Below are positions 22,017 through 31,224 of a DNA stretch of 60,916 nt, piece after piece. The DNA lies in the NCBI GenBank assembly GCA_964619815.1, contig CAZUGK010000001.1, positions 22,878 to 83,793 of the forward strand, read 5' to 3'. The notes under the pieces are model-generated. The model was not told the DNA's origin and did not search any database. It was given only the letters and a program-made list of their open reading frames with translations. The stretch is from an uncultured Clostridiaceae bacterium. Lineage in GTDB: Bacteria; Bacillota; Clostridia; Lutisporales; Lutisporaceae. Within the stretch, counting starts at the first letter, position 1; each line of letters starts with the position of its first letter. The position numbers and the translations under genes were made by a program.

Positions 22017-22106
22017 CCTTAAAAGACTTATTTAAAGTATTGGTAAATGAATATGCTTAAGACAAAAGGAGAAACTAATACTATAACTTCACCAAGGAGA
22101 GGTTTT

Positions 22107-22292
22107 ATGAATAAGTCTAATAAGAAAGCTCTGACCGGAAAGAATGGTAAAAGCAAGCTGCACCAGGAATACGGCGAGATGATAGACATGATAGAATCAG
22201 GAATGGAAGATTATGAAATAGCTTCTGAACTTGGAGTAGCATCGAGCTATGTTTCTGATGTAAAGAATCAAATATATAATGATATGGTTTAG
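22107..22292 (+). CDS. Hypothetical small protein with HTH-like segment
   Basis: ATG 22107 lies after AAGGAGAGG. DYEIASELGVASSYVSDVKNQI looks like a helix-turn-helix. No family recognised. Confidence 0.35.
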   Translation: MNKSNKKALTGKNGKSKLHQEYGEMIDMIESGMEDYEIASELGVASSYVSDVKNQIYNDMV

Positions 22293-22300
22293 GTGAAGCA

Positions 22301-23794
22301 ATGATAGGAATCAGACTTGAAAACCACGGTTATTACAATGAAACAGCGGATATTGTAAGAATGTATTTCGGAAAGTGCGAAATTGAAAGATCAGAAAAAG
22401 CTTTGGCAGATGACCAAAGCTTTTTGCAGGAATATGATGTTTTCATATTAAGCAGTCTCGAAATTAATGAGGAAAGCTGTACATGCACTTCTATGTACAT
22501 AGATAAGCAAAGACAGGAAAAAAGGACAGTAAAAAATAAAATAGAACTGACTAATGAAAAAGCATTGAAGCGTCTGGTAAAGAAGTCCATGTACAAGCTA
22601 TTGTCCGTAGTATTTGGAAGAGAATACCCATGGGGAATCCTTACAGGTATAAGACCTGTCAAAATAGTTCACGAGCTCATGGACAAAGGATTGTCAGAAG
22701 CTGTTATACCTGAGAGGCTGGTTGAAGAGTATCTCATGAGTGAGGATAGAGCTCGGCTGGCAGTTGAAATTGGCGGTATTGAAAGACCGTTTATATACCC
22801 GGTCAATGATGCTGCGGTAAGCATATACATAGGCATACCCTTTTGTCCAAGCCGGTGCCATTACTGTTCTTTCACTTCCAATTCAATAAGTACATACCGT
22901 ACTTATGTTGAGCCTTATCTGGAAAGCCTTATAAAGGAAGTGAGAAGTGTTTCTGAGTACCTGAGCAGCAAGAATTACAGGGTGCAAAGCATATATATCG
23001 GAGGAGGTACACCTACGTCCTTAAATGCAGAACAGCTTGAAAGGCTTATGCTGTGCATCAACCAATGTTTTGGAGATCAGGCTGATGAATTTACCTGCGA
23101 GGCTGGCAGGCCTGATTCCATTACCGAGGAAAAGCTGCAGGTACTGTTCGAGAATAATGTCGGTAGAATAAGCATAAATCCACAGACTATGAATGACGCT
23201 ACCCTGAAGTGTATCGGGAGGGCACACGATACCGGGCAGATTCTGGAAAGCTTCAGCTTAGCCCGGAATATCGGCTTTAATAATATCAATATGGACATTA
23301 TATTGGGACTTCCCGGAGAAACTATGGAGGAACTGGTTCATACACTGGAGGAGATAAAGAAGCTGGGTCCCGAGAACGTTACGGTACATACCATGGCAAT
23401 AAAGAGGGCTTCTTTGTATAATGAAGATTTTACAGGTAAGGCTATACCCAATGATGAGATCGTATCAAATATGATGGACTATACAAAAACCTTCCTTCGG
23501 GACATGGGCATGCACCCGTATTATTTGTACAGGCAGAAGCATATGCTTCAGAATATGGAGAATATCGGCTTTTCAAAGAAGGGTTTTGAATGCTTATACA
23601 ATATGCAGATAATTGAGGAGAAACAGACCAACGTTGCTTTTGGTGCAGATGCTGTAACCAAGATTGTAATAAGCAGCGAGAACAGGATAGAAAGGCAGCA
23701 CAATATAAAGGATGTAAAGCTTTATATAGAAAATATCGAAGCGATGATAAACAATAAACTGGATATTTTGGGACAGTTGGATAAAAAATATTGA
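22301..23794 (+). CDS. hemZ: Radical SAM coproporphyrinogen-dehydrogenase-like protein HemZ
   Basis: 497 aa. CPSRCHYCSF radical SAM triad, HemN-like core (IYIGGGTPTSL) and the long N-terminal extension typical of HemZ. The relA-dtd-MBL-hemZ order is common in Clostridia. Confidence 0.75.
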   Translation: MIGIRLENHGYYNETADIVRMYFGKCEIERSEKALADDQSFLQEYDVFILSSLEINEESCTCTSMYIDKQRQEKRTVKNKIELTNEKALKRLVKKSMYKLLSVVFGREYPWGILTGIRPVKIVHELMDKGLSEAVIPERLVEEYLMSEDRARLAVEIGGIERPFIYPVNDAAVSIYIGIPFCPSRCHYCSFTSNSISTYRTYVEPYLESLIKEVRSVSEYLSSKNYRVQSIYIGGGTPTSLNAEQLERLMLCINQCFGDQADEFTCEAGRPDSITEEKLQVLFENNVGRISINPQTMNDATLKCIGRAHDTGQILESFSLARNIGFNNINMDIILGLPGETMEELVHTLEEIKKLGPENVTVHTMAIKRASLYNEDFTGKAIPNDEIVSNMMDYTKTFLRDMGMHPYYLYRQKHMLQNMENIGFSKKGFECLYNMQIIEEKQTNVAFGADAVTKIVISSENRIERQHNIKDVKLYIENIEAMINNKLDILGQLDKKY

Positions 23795-23840
23795 CATATG
23801 TGCAACTCAATATTATAATATGTAATTATTATACAATAAC

Positions 23841-24097
23841 TGGCTTTGAACGGGAAAGTAGGCATTTGACGCTATACAGGGAGAGGATATCGTGCACTTT
23901 AGTGCTCTGACTGGAAGTATCCTTATGGCATAGACTGCTGAAGGACACCCGGGAGTCCGGCTGCTGAACGAAATTCGCTAGGCTGCCGCGTACATTCTGC
24001 GTTAAAGAAAAGAGATGGTTTATCCAAACAGGGTGGCACCACGGGATTAGAGCTCCCGTCCCTGACAGTATGTCAGGGACGGGAGATTTTTGTTTTT
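23841..24097 (+). promoter_or_regulatory. T-box leader (Asp specifier) controlling aspS
   Basis: Stem I elements (AGTA, AGAGA). GAC codon at 23944-23946 preceded by GAA and followed by A. T-box motif AACAGGGTGGCACCACGGG (24028-24046). Terminator CTCCCGTCCCTGACA/TGTCAGGGACGGGAG (24053-24085) plus a T-run. Confidence 0.88.
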
Positions 24098-24161
24098 AAA
24101 GTTACAATACTGGGATTAATTAATGTAGGTTTTAATAAATCAAAACTAGGAGGCGTTATAT

Positions 24162-25931
24162 ATGGCAAGAATAAAAAGGACACACATGTGCGGTGAGCTA
24201 GGCCTGGATAATCTGGGAGGAAAGGTTACTGTTACAGGCTGGGTTCAGAAGAGAAGGGACCTTGGAGGACTGATCTTCATAGATCTAAGGGACAGAAGCG
24301 GTATTATCCAATGTACAGTAAATAAGGATGTAACACCGGATGTATTCAGTGAAGCTTTTAAGGTAAGAAGCGAATTTGTCCTGGTTGTATCAGGAGAAGT
24401 TGTAAAAAGAGCTGAAAATGCCATAAACAAAAAGATGGCTACAGGTTATATAGAAATAGCCGTAAGCAGCCTTGAAATATTAAGCAAGGCTGAGACTACA
24501 CCAATATATATTGAGGATGAACTGAACGCGTCGGAACAGCTGAGACTGAAATACAGGTATCTGGACTTGAGACGTCCGTCCATGCAGAAGATACTGTTCA
24601 CAAGACACAGGATTGCCAAGGTTGTAAGAGATTATATGGATCAGAATGGTTTTGTAGAAGTAGAAACACCGATACTTATTAAGACTTCCCCTGAAGGAGC
24701 GAGGGACTATCTGGTACCAAGCAGGGTTCAGCCGGGCAATTTCTTCGCATTACCCCAATCTCCGCAGCTGTTTAAGCAGATTCTCATGGTAGCAGGCTTT
24801 GATAGATACTTCCAGATTGCAAAGTGCTTCAGGGACGAAGACTTGAGGGCAGACAGGCAGCCGGAATTTACACAGATAGATATGGAGCTTTCCTTTGTTG
24901 AAAAGGAAGATGTAATGGAGCTGAATGAAGGACTTTTGAAGAGAGTTTTCAAGGAAGTTCTTGACGTAGATATTCCAACACCTTTCAAGATACTGACATA
25001 CAAGGAAGCCATGGAACGCTACGGTTCAGACAAGCCGGATACAAGATTCGGCCTGGAGCTTAAGGAAATTGGAGATTTGGTTGCAAATTCAGAATTCAAG
25101 GTGTTTGCAGATACTCTTGCAAACGGCGGAATTATAAAGGCTATAAACGCTGAAGGGCTTGGAGAAAAGCTCAGCCGTAAAGAGATAGACAGCCTTGGAG
25201 AGTTTGTAAAGACATACAGAGCAAAAGGACTTGCATGGATAAATATAACCGCAGAAGGCGTTAAATCACCTATAGCCAAGTTCTTGAAGGAAGAGGAACT
25301 AAACGGTATAATTGAAAGAGTCGGTGGAAAAATAGGAGATATAATTTTTATTGTTTCCGACAAACCAAAGGTAGTATATGATGCACTGGGACAGCTTAGG
25401 CTGGAGCTTGGAAAACGCTTCGGACTCGTTGACAACAGCAGGTTTGACCTATTGTGGGTAACTGAGTTCCCTCTGCTTGATTTTGATGAGGAAGAGAACA
25501 GGTATGTGGCAATGCATCATCCTTTTACAAGTCCAATGGATGAGGACCTGGAGCTGCTTGATACCGATCCTCTCAAAGCAAGGGCAAAAGCTTATGACTG
25601 TGTATTGAACGGCTATGAGCTTGGCGGCGGCAGCATCAGAATCCATAGGCAGGAACTGCAGGAGAAGATGTTTGGACTTTTAGGATTTAGTAAGGAACAA
25701 GCATGGAGCAAGTTCGGATACCTGCTGGAAGCATTTAAATACGGCACACCCCCTCATGGAGGTTTAGCTTTCGGTCTTGACAGAATAGTAATGCTTTTGA
25801 CCGGCACAGATAATATCAGAGACGTAATTGCATTTCCGAAGACACAGACAGCAAGCTGCCTGATGACAAATGCTCCTTCACCGGCAGATGCAAAGCAACT
25901 GGAAGAGCTGCACATTGAAGTAAAGGAATAA
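24162..25931 (+). CDS. aspS: Aspartate--tRNA ligase
   Basis: 589 aa. Class II motifs ([54 protein letters not shown]). Confidence 0.97.
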   Translation: MARIKRTHMCGELGLDNLGGKVTVTGWVQKRRDLGGLIFIDLRDRSGIIQCTVNKDVTPDVFSEAFKVRSEFVLVVSGEVVKRAENAINKKMATGYIEIAVSSLEILSKAETTPIYIEDELNASEQLRLKYRYLDLRRPSMQKILFTRHRIAKVVRDYMDQNGFVEVETPILIKTSPEGARDYLVPSRVQPGNFFALPQSPQLFKQILMVAGFDRYFQIAKCFRDEDLRADRQPEFTQIDMELSFVEKEDVMELNEGLLKRVFKEVLDVDIPTPFKILTYKEAMERYGSDKPDTRFGLELKEIGDLVANSEFKVFADTLANGGIIKAINAEGLGEKLSRKEIDSLGEFVKTYRAKGLAWINITAEGVKSPIAKFLKEEELNGIIERVGGKIGDIIFIVSDKPKVVYDALGQLRLELGKRFGLVDNSRFDLLWVTEFPLLDFDEEENRYVAMHHPFTSPMDEDLELLDTDPLKARAKAYDCVLNGYELGGGSIRIHRQELQEKMFGLLGFSKEQAWSKFGYLLEAFKYGTPPHGGLAFGLDRIVMLLTGTDNIRDVIAFPKTQTASCLMTNAPSPADAKQLEELHIEVKE

Positions 25932-25942
25932 TAGTTTAAACG

Positions 25943-25992
25943 GCCCTGCGCTGCTCGTTTCTATTAAGAATACTGCATTGCAGGGCTTTTTT
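25943..25992 (+). terminator. Probable terminator after aspS
   Basis: GCCCTGC (25943-25949) / GCAGGGC (25980-25986), followed by T6. The loop is large. Confidence 0.55.
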
Positions 25993-26005
25993 GGAGGTAT
26001 AGCGC

Positions 26006-26758
26006 ATGAATCAATTTTCAAGAACAGAATTATTAATCGGTGAGGATGGAATAGAAAAACTACACAAAAGCACAGTTGCAATTTTCGGCATCGGAGGAGT
26101 TGGTTCATATACTGCCGAGGCGCTTTGCCGAAGCGGGGTAGGAAGACTGGTGCTCATAGATTATGATGATATCTGCCTTACAAATATAAACAGGCAGCTT
26201 CATGCAACCAGAAAAACAGTGGGTAAGCCTAAGGTGGAAGCAATGAGGGATAGGCTTCTGGATATCAATCCTAATGCTGATATTGTCGTGCATAATGAAT
26301 TATATAATGAAGAAACCTCGGATTCACTCCTTCTTCCGGAATATGATTACGTAGTAGATGCCATAGACATGGTCACTTCGAAAATTAACCTTATAGTGAA
26401 GTGTATTGAAATGAACATACCTGTAATAAGCTGCATGGGAGCAGGCAACAAGCTTGACCCAACAAAGCTGGAGATTACTGATATTTACAAGACCTCAGTG
26501 TGCCCCCTTGCCAAGGTGATGAGGTATGAGCTGCGCAAAAGAGGGGTTAAGAAGCTGAAGGTGGTGTATTCCAAGGAGGAGCCATTGACTCCTATGAAGG
26601 ATGTTGCCGATTGCAAGACCAACTGTATTTGCAGCAACAAAGAAAAAGCGAACTGTACAAAAAGAAGGCAGATACCAGGCAGTACATCCTTTGTTCCGCC
26701 TGCCGCAGGACTTGCAATTGCATCAGCTGTAGTAAGGGATATGTTGGGTGTGGAGTAG
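26006..26758 (+). CDS. tcdA: tRNA threonylcarbamoyladenosine dehydratase (ThiF/E1-like, TcdA/CsdL type)
   Basis: FSRTELLIGEDG...VAIFGIGGVGS...LIDYDDICLTNINRQ...VVDAID, ThiF-family Rossmann fold. Confidence 0.8.
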   Translation: MNQFSRTELLIGEDGIEKLHKSTVAIFGIGGVGSYTAEALCRSGVGRLVLIDYDDICLTNINRQLHATRKTVGKPKVEAMRDRLLDINPNADIVVHNELYNEETSDSLLLPEYDYVVDAIDMVTSKINLIVKCIEMNIPVISCMGAGNKLDPTKLEITDIYKTSVCPLAKVMRYELRKRGVKKLKVVYSKEEPLTPMKDVADCKTNCICSNKEKANCTKRRQIPGSTSFVPPAAGLAIASAVVRDMLGVE

Positions 26759-26766
26759 GCCTTTGG

Positions 26767-26858
26767 GGTCTTGTCACGAGCTACGAGCACCAAGCCGCGC
26801 TTCGAAGTCTTTGCATAAGCACGAGGCACGGGGCACGAAGCCCGAAGCCGGAAAGACT
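26767..26858 (+). repeat. Heptamer-repeat element with CTTCGAAG core (copy B, shorter/degenerate)
   Basis: Core CGCTTCGAAGTCTTTGCATAAGC (26798-26820) matches the copy C core at 18 of 23 positions by my count. It is followed by ACGAGGC ACGGGGC ACGAAGC CCGAAGC CGGAAAG (26821-26855). AAGTCTTT (26805-26812) pairs with AAAGACTT (26852-26859). Confidence 0.6.
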
Positions 26859-26901
26859 TTAAAGAAAGATGTTATTTATAAATGCAAAAGACAAAAAACA
26901 G

Positions 26902-26955
26902 TTGACAAAATGCATAAGTGTTATATAATAGTATTAGAATACCGGTACGGGGTAT
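26902..26955 (+). promoter_or_regulatory. Sigma-A-type promoter plus CsoR-type operator
   Basis: TTGACA (26902-26907), 16 nt, TATAAT (26924-26929). Immediately downstream is ATACCGGTACGGGGTAT (26939-26955), a GC-tract pseudo-palindrome of the ATACC-N-GGTAT kind bound by CsoR-family repressors. Confidence 0.6.
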
Positions 26956-26968
26956 AGGAGGCGATGAG

Positions 26969-27241
26969 TTGGATAATAAGGAAATAAGTAAAGAGGATAT
27001 TATCAATAGAATGAAAAAGATTGAAGGGCAGGCAAAAGGAATTCAGAAAATGATTGAAGAAGACAAGTGCTGCGGCGACATTATGGTTCAAATATCTGCC
27101 ATAAGATCTGCAATAAACCGTGTCGGGGGACTCATCATGGACAGGTATATAAAAGAGTGCCTGAAGGAATCACTGAAGGAGAACAAGAGTGAGGAAAGCA
27201 TCGAGGAAGTTATAGAGACTATTGTAAAATACGTTAAGTAA
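26969..27241 (+). CDS. CsoR/RcnR-family (DUF156) metal- or thiol-sensing repressor
   Basis: INRMKKIEGQAKGIQKMIEEDKCCGDIMVQISAIRSAINRVG is the family signature. TTG 26969 is correctly spaced from AGGAGG, so the ORF-track start at 26918 is rejected. Confidence 0.8.
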   Translation: MDNKEISKEDIINRMKKIEGQAKGIQKMIEEDKCCGDIMVQISAIRSAINRVGGLIMDRYIKECLKESLKENKSEESIEEVIETIVKYVK

Positions 27242-27259
27242 AAGGGCAGGTACTAATCT

Positions 27260-27700
27260 ATGAAAGAAGTTGGAAAGGTAATAAAAATAGAAGACAACCA
27301 GGCAACGATACTGATTAAGAGAGGCACAGCCTGAGGTGAGTGCGGGAACTGCCAGGTAGGCAGGGAAAAACTCGAAATGGTTATGATTGCAGACAACAAT
27401 GTGCGGGCAGAAGTAGGGGATGAAGTAGAAATAGACTTGGAAAACATGAATTTCATGACTGCGATACTTATTGCTTATGGTTTTCCGCTTCTTGCACTGA
27501 TGGCCGGCATATTTGGCGGTTATTACGGTTTATTGGCATTTGGTATGAGCGACAATACGGCTCAAGCCCTGGGTGCAATAATTGGAATTGTTGCATTGGC
27601 AGCTTCCTATGCAGTGATAAAGTTCAATGATGAAGCAATCAAAAAAATGAAAAAATTCAAGCCTGTCATAGTAGGAATAAAAACAAAAGACAACATATAA
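27260..27700 (+). CDS. RseC/MucC-family (SoxR-reducing-system type) membrane protein with in-frame TGA at 27332-27334 (candidate Sec codon, otherwise a pseudogene)
   Basis: ATG 27260 gives MKEVGKVIKIEDNQATILIKRGTA, then TGA, then in the same frame GECGNCQVGREKLEMVMIADNNVRAEVGDEVEIDLE followed by 2 TM segments. The ORF track reports only the part from Met 27377. Hairpin CTGCC-AGGTA-GGCAG at 27349-27363. Confidence 0.6.
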
Positions 27701-27814
27701 TGGTAATGCTGCATTTGTTTAATAATTTATAAATTTTTAAAATGGATAGAATAAAAGTATGCAGCAAATCTGTATATGTAAGCATTTAACAGATTTTGAA
27801 AGGAGTATTTGTAA

Positions 27815-28141
27815 GTGAGTAAAAACGTTCAAATAGTAAATCAACAGAATTTTGACAGTGAGGTATTGAAGTCCGATAAACCGGTATTGGTCGATTTTTG
27901 GGCGGCATGGTGCGGCCCCTGCAGGATGGTATCTCCTGTAATAGACCAACTGGCGGATGAATATGAGGGAAAGCTGAAAATTGCAAAGGTTAATGTGGAT
28001 GAAAATCCTGAGCTGGCTGGTAAGTATGATATAATGAGTATCCCGTCAGTATTCCTGTTCAATAATGGAAGCAAAGTGGACGGAATAATTGGAGCAAGAC
28101 CGAAGCAAGCATTTGATGAGATGTTGAGAAAGCATGTATAA
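27815..28141 (+). CDS. trxA: Thioredoxin
   Basis: 108 aa. [15 protein letters not shown] active site. GTG start after GAAAGGAG. Confidence 0.92.
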   Translation: MSKNVQIVNQQNFDSEVLKSDKPVLVDFWAAWCGPCRMVSPVIDQLADEYEGKLKIAKVNVDENPELAGKYDIMSIPSVFLFNNGSKVDGIIGARPKQAFDEMLRKHV

Positions 28142-28145
28142 TTAA

Positions 28146-28180
28146 TAGAAGCACTTATAAGCGACTTATAAGTGCTTCTA
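28146..28180 (+). terminator. Terminator hairpin after trxA
   Basis: TAGAAGCACTTATAAG (28146-28161) / CTTATAAGTGCTTCTA (28165-28180), perfect 16-bp stem with a 3-nt loop. Confidence 0.8.
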
Positions 28181-28326
28181 ATACTTTTATAAGAAAATGT
28201 TATAATTTAAAGCGACTATTTAGCTTTAATGTTATTTACTTCTATGTTATTATTAAGTTTAAATCGTTGTTTAACTATTATCCAATAAGAAATAATATAA
28301 GTAAATCTATGCAGGAGGAATTTGAT

Positions 28327-29568
28327 ATGAGACTTAACAATATAAAAGCTTATGATGCAGAAATTGCAGATGCGATTCTAAAGGAGCTTGGCAGAGAAAG
28401 AGACAAAATAGAGCTGATAGCATCAGAAAATTTTACGTCACCTACAGTAATGGATACGCTCGGAACGGTTCTTACAAACAAATATGCAGAGGGATATCCG
28501 GGCAAAAGATACTATGGAGGCTGTGAATACGTAGATATTGTTGAGAATCTTGCAAGAGAAAGGTTAAAGGCTTTATTTGGTGCAGACCATGCAAATGTTC
28601 AGCCTCATTCAGGGTCTAGTGCGAACGAGGCGGTTTACTTTACAGTACTGGAGCCGGGAGATGTTGTAATGGGTATGGATCTGTCCCATGGAGGGCACCT
28701 TACCCATGGAAGCCCTGTCAACATGTCGGGAAAGTATTTTAAATTTGTTCATTATGGTGTGTCAAAAGATACAGGGAGAATTGACTATGACAATGTAAGG
28801 GCTATTGCCAAGGAAAATAAGCCAAAGCTTATTGTGGCAGGAGCAAGTGCATACCCCAGGAGTATAGATTTTAAAGCCTTCAAAGAGATAGCCGATGAAG
28901 TCGGAGCATTGTTTATGGTGGATATGGCACATATTGCAGGGATTGTAGCGGTGGGGCTGCACCAGAGTCCTGTACCCTATGCTGATTTTGTAACAACTAC
29001 AACACACAAAACCTTAAGGGGACCCAGGGGTGGAGCAATTCTCTGCAAGCAGGAATATGCCAAAGCAATAGACAAGTCGATTTTCCCGGGAATGCAGGGC
29101 GGTCCTCTGATGAACACCATTGCAGCCAAAGCAGTATGCTTCAAGGAAGCGATGAGTGCAGAGTACAAGGAGTATATAAAGCAGGTACTGAAGAATGCTT
29201 CAGCTTTAGCAGAGGCATTGACCGCCAAAGGCTTCAACCTGGTTTCGGGAGGTACCGACAATCATTTGATGCTGCTTGACCTTAGAAATAAGAATATAAC
29301 AGGCAAAGATGCAGAGAAACTGCTGGATGACATTGGAATTACAACAAACAAGAATACAATTCCTTTTGACCCGCAGAGCCCATTCATTACAAGCGGATTG
29401 AGAATAGGCACACCTGCTATAACAACAAGAGGCTTCAAGGAAGCTGATATGGAGGAAATAGCCGATATAATCGCTCTGGCTATTACAGAACCGGAATCAA
29501 AAAATGAATGCAGCAGCAGAGTAAAAGCATTGTGCGACAAGCATCCGCTTTATCCGGAATTTAAATAA
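28327..29568 (+). CDS. glyA: Serine hydroxymethyltransferase
   Basis: ATG 28327 lies after [19 protein letters not shown]...[14 protein letters not shown]...[14 protein letters not shown]. Confidence 0.96.
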   Translation: MRLNNIKAYDAEIADAILKELGRERDKIELIASENFTSPTVMDTLGTVLTNKYAEGYPGKRYYGGCEYVDIVENLARERLKALFGADHANVQPHSGSSANEAVYFTVLEPGDVVMGMDLSHGGHLTHGSPVNMSGKYFKFVHYGVSKDTGRIDYDNVRAIAKENKPKLIVAGASAYPRSIDFKAFKEIADEVGALFMVDMAHIAGIVAVGLHQSPVPYADFVTTTTHKTLRGPRGGAILCKQEYAKAIDKSIFPGMQGGPLMNTIAAKAVCFKEAMSAEYKEYIKQVLKNASALAEALTAKGFNLVSGGTDNHLMLLDLRNKNITGKDAEKLLDDIGITTNKNTIPFDPQSPFITSGLRIGTPAITTRGFKEADMEEIADIIALAITEPESKNECSSRVKALCDKHPLYPEFK

Positions 29569-29673
29569 GTAATCAGGTTCCGGGGCAGGGGAGGACGGTG
29601 TTTGCTCGCAAAGGCATACATAAAACCCATTGCCTATAGCCTATTGCTCATAGGTTTATATAATTGATATAAT

Positions 29674-29718
29674 AAAGGTATGTTCAATTTAAATTCTTAC
29701 TTGAACATACCTTTGTTT
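29674..29718 (+). terminator. Rho-independent terminator after glyA
   Basis: AAAGGTATGTTCAA (29674-29687) / TTGAACATACCTTT (29701-29714), 14-bp stem, T-rich tail. It overlaps the spurious N-terminal extension of the next ORF in the track. Confidence 0.7.
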
Positions 29719-29736
29719 ATTGGGGTGTATGAAGCT

Positions 29737-31143
29737 ATGACGATGAATTATACCTATAAGTCAATAATTGATACTATACTGAAAAACATAGATATTGGGA
29801 TAAATGTTGTTGACGACACGGGAAAAACATTTATTTACAATCAGCCCATGGCGGATTTGGAAGGCCTTGATGTCAACGAAGTCATGGGGAAAAGCATTCT
29901 TGACATTTTCCCCAGCCTGACGCCGGAAACAAGTACGATGCTGACGGTGCTCAAAACCGGCAAGCCTATTTATGACAGGCATCAGACATATCTGAACAAT
30001 AAAGGAAAGCAGATAAATACAGTAAACAGCACAATTCCGATCATGATTGCGCCGGGAAAGTATGGAGCTCTTGAAATAGCAAAGAATATCACTAAAGAAA
30101 AGGAACTGAAGGAAAAACTTGTATATCTCCAGCAGGAGCTTGCCAGCAAAGATATTGACGATAAAAATCTCAAAGGTTATACTTTCAGGAATCTCATAGG
30201 TGAGGATGAGAAGTTTCTTAATACTGTGGAAATTGCAAAAAAGGCTGCGATGTCCTCTTCAACAGTGCTTATATTCGGTGAGACGGGTACAGGGAAAGAG
30301 TTGTTTGCGCAAAGCATACATAACGAAAGCAGCAGAAAGCACAAGCCATTCGTGGCGCAGAACTGTGCTGCACTGCCTGAGTCTCTTCTGGAAGGCATAC
30401 TTTTCGGAACTACAAAAGGAAGCTTTACTGGTGCTATAAACAGACCGGGACTTTTTGAACAGGCAAGTGGCGGAACGCTTCTGCTGGACGAGGTAAACTC
30501 AATGGGTCAACAGCTTCAGGCGAAGCTTTTGAGAGTGCTTCAGGAGGGATATGTGAGAAGGGTAGGGGGACTATCGGATATATCTGTTGATGTAAGAATT
30601 TTAGCAACAACTAATGAAGATCATTCAACCTTGCTTCAGAAGGGTATCCTGAGGAAAGACTTATATTACAGATTGAACGTAATATCGGTCAATATACCCT
30701 CCCTTAGAGAAAGAAAAGCCGATATTTCACTCCTGACTGACCATTTTATAAAGAAATATAACGGCATATTGCAGAAGGATGTGTGGTATGTATCCAATGA
30801 AGTGAAAGAGGCTTTCCAGCATTATGATTGGCCGGGAAATGTAAGGGAATTGGAAAATGTGATAGAAAGCGCCATAAACATGATAAACAGCGGTCACATC
30901 ATAAAGCCGGAACATATTTCTCCGGACATGCGTGAAATACTGTTCAAGTCTTACAAGAAAGAAAACAGCCTGAATTTCGACAAAAATCAATCTCTTGACA
31001 GTATACTTGAAGAGGTCGAAAAATCGCTGATAATGGAGGCTCTGCAGGAAAGCGGAAATAATATATCCAAAAGCTCGGAGCTGCTTGGTATAAAGCGGCA
31101 GACTCTGCAGCACAAACTGAAGAAATACGATATAAAGATATAG
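29737..31143 (+). CDS. Sigma-54-dependent transcriptional activator with N-terminal PAS domain and C-terminal Fis-type HTH
   Basis: PAS-like N-terminus. AAA+ sigma-54 interaction module (GETGTGKE, GSFTGA loop, LLLDEV, RVLQEG, WPGNVRELENV). C-terminal SKSSELLGIKRQTLQHKLKKY. Confidence 0.88.
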   Translation: MTMNYTYKSIIDTILKNIDIGINVVDDTGKTFIYNQPMADLEGLDVNEVMGKSILDIFPSLTPETSTMLTVLKTGKPIYDRHQTYLNNKGKQINTVNSTIPIMIAPGKYGALEIAKNITKEKELKEKLVYLQQELASKDIDDKNLKGYTFRNLIGEDEKFLNTVEIAKKAAMSSSTVLIFGETGTGKELFAQSIHNESSRKHKPFVAQNCAALPESLLEGILFGTTKGSFTGAINRPGLFEQASGGTLLLDEVNSMGQQLQAKLLRVLQEGYVRRVGGLSDISVDVRILATTNEDHSTLLQKGILRKDLYYRLNVISVNIPSLRERKADISLLTDHFIKKYNGILQKDVWYVSNEVKEAFQHYDWPGNVRELENVIESAINMINSGHIIKPEHISPDMREILFKSYKKENSLNFDKNQSLDSILEEVEKSLIMEALQESGNNISKSSELLGIKRQTLQHKLKKYDIKI

Positions 31144-31169
31144 GAGACTAGTAATAGTCTCCTAATTTT
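31142..31169 (+). terminator. Terminator after the activator gene
   Basis: AGGAGACTA (31142-31150) / TAGTCTCCT (31155-31163), followed by AATTTT. Confidence 0.7.
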
Positions 31170-31224
31170 AATTAACAAAAAATATATTATGCTTTGCAAT
31201 GCATGCTAAAAAAGCCCGGAAGGG

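Noticed and set aside
26611-26957. ORFs 26611..26862 and 26748..26957 spanning the tcdA 3' end and the spacer
   Set aside because: They read through repeat element B and the csoR promoter, have no RBS, and their Arg/Ala-rich translation derives from the GC-rich heptamers. The spacer is better explained as a repeat plus a promoter.
29581-29625. G-rich stretch CGGGGCAGGGGAGGACGGTGTTTGCTCGCAAAGGCATAC after glyA, considered as a fifth copy of the heptamer element
   Set aside because: There is only a loose resemblance (GCAAAGGCATAC versus CGAAGGCATTGC, and roughly 7-nt G-rich periodicity). It has no clear arms or core, which is too weak to call.
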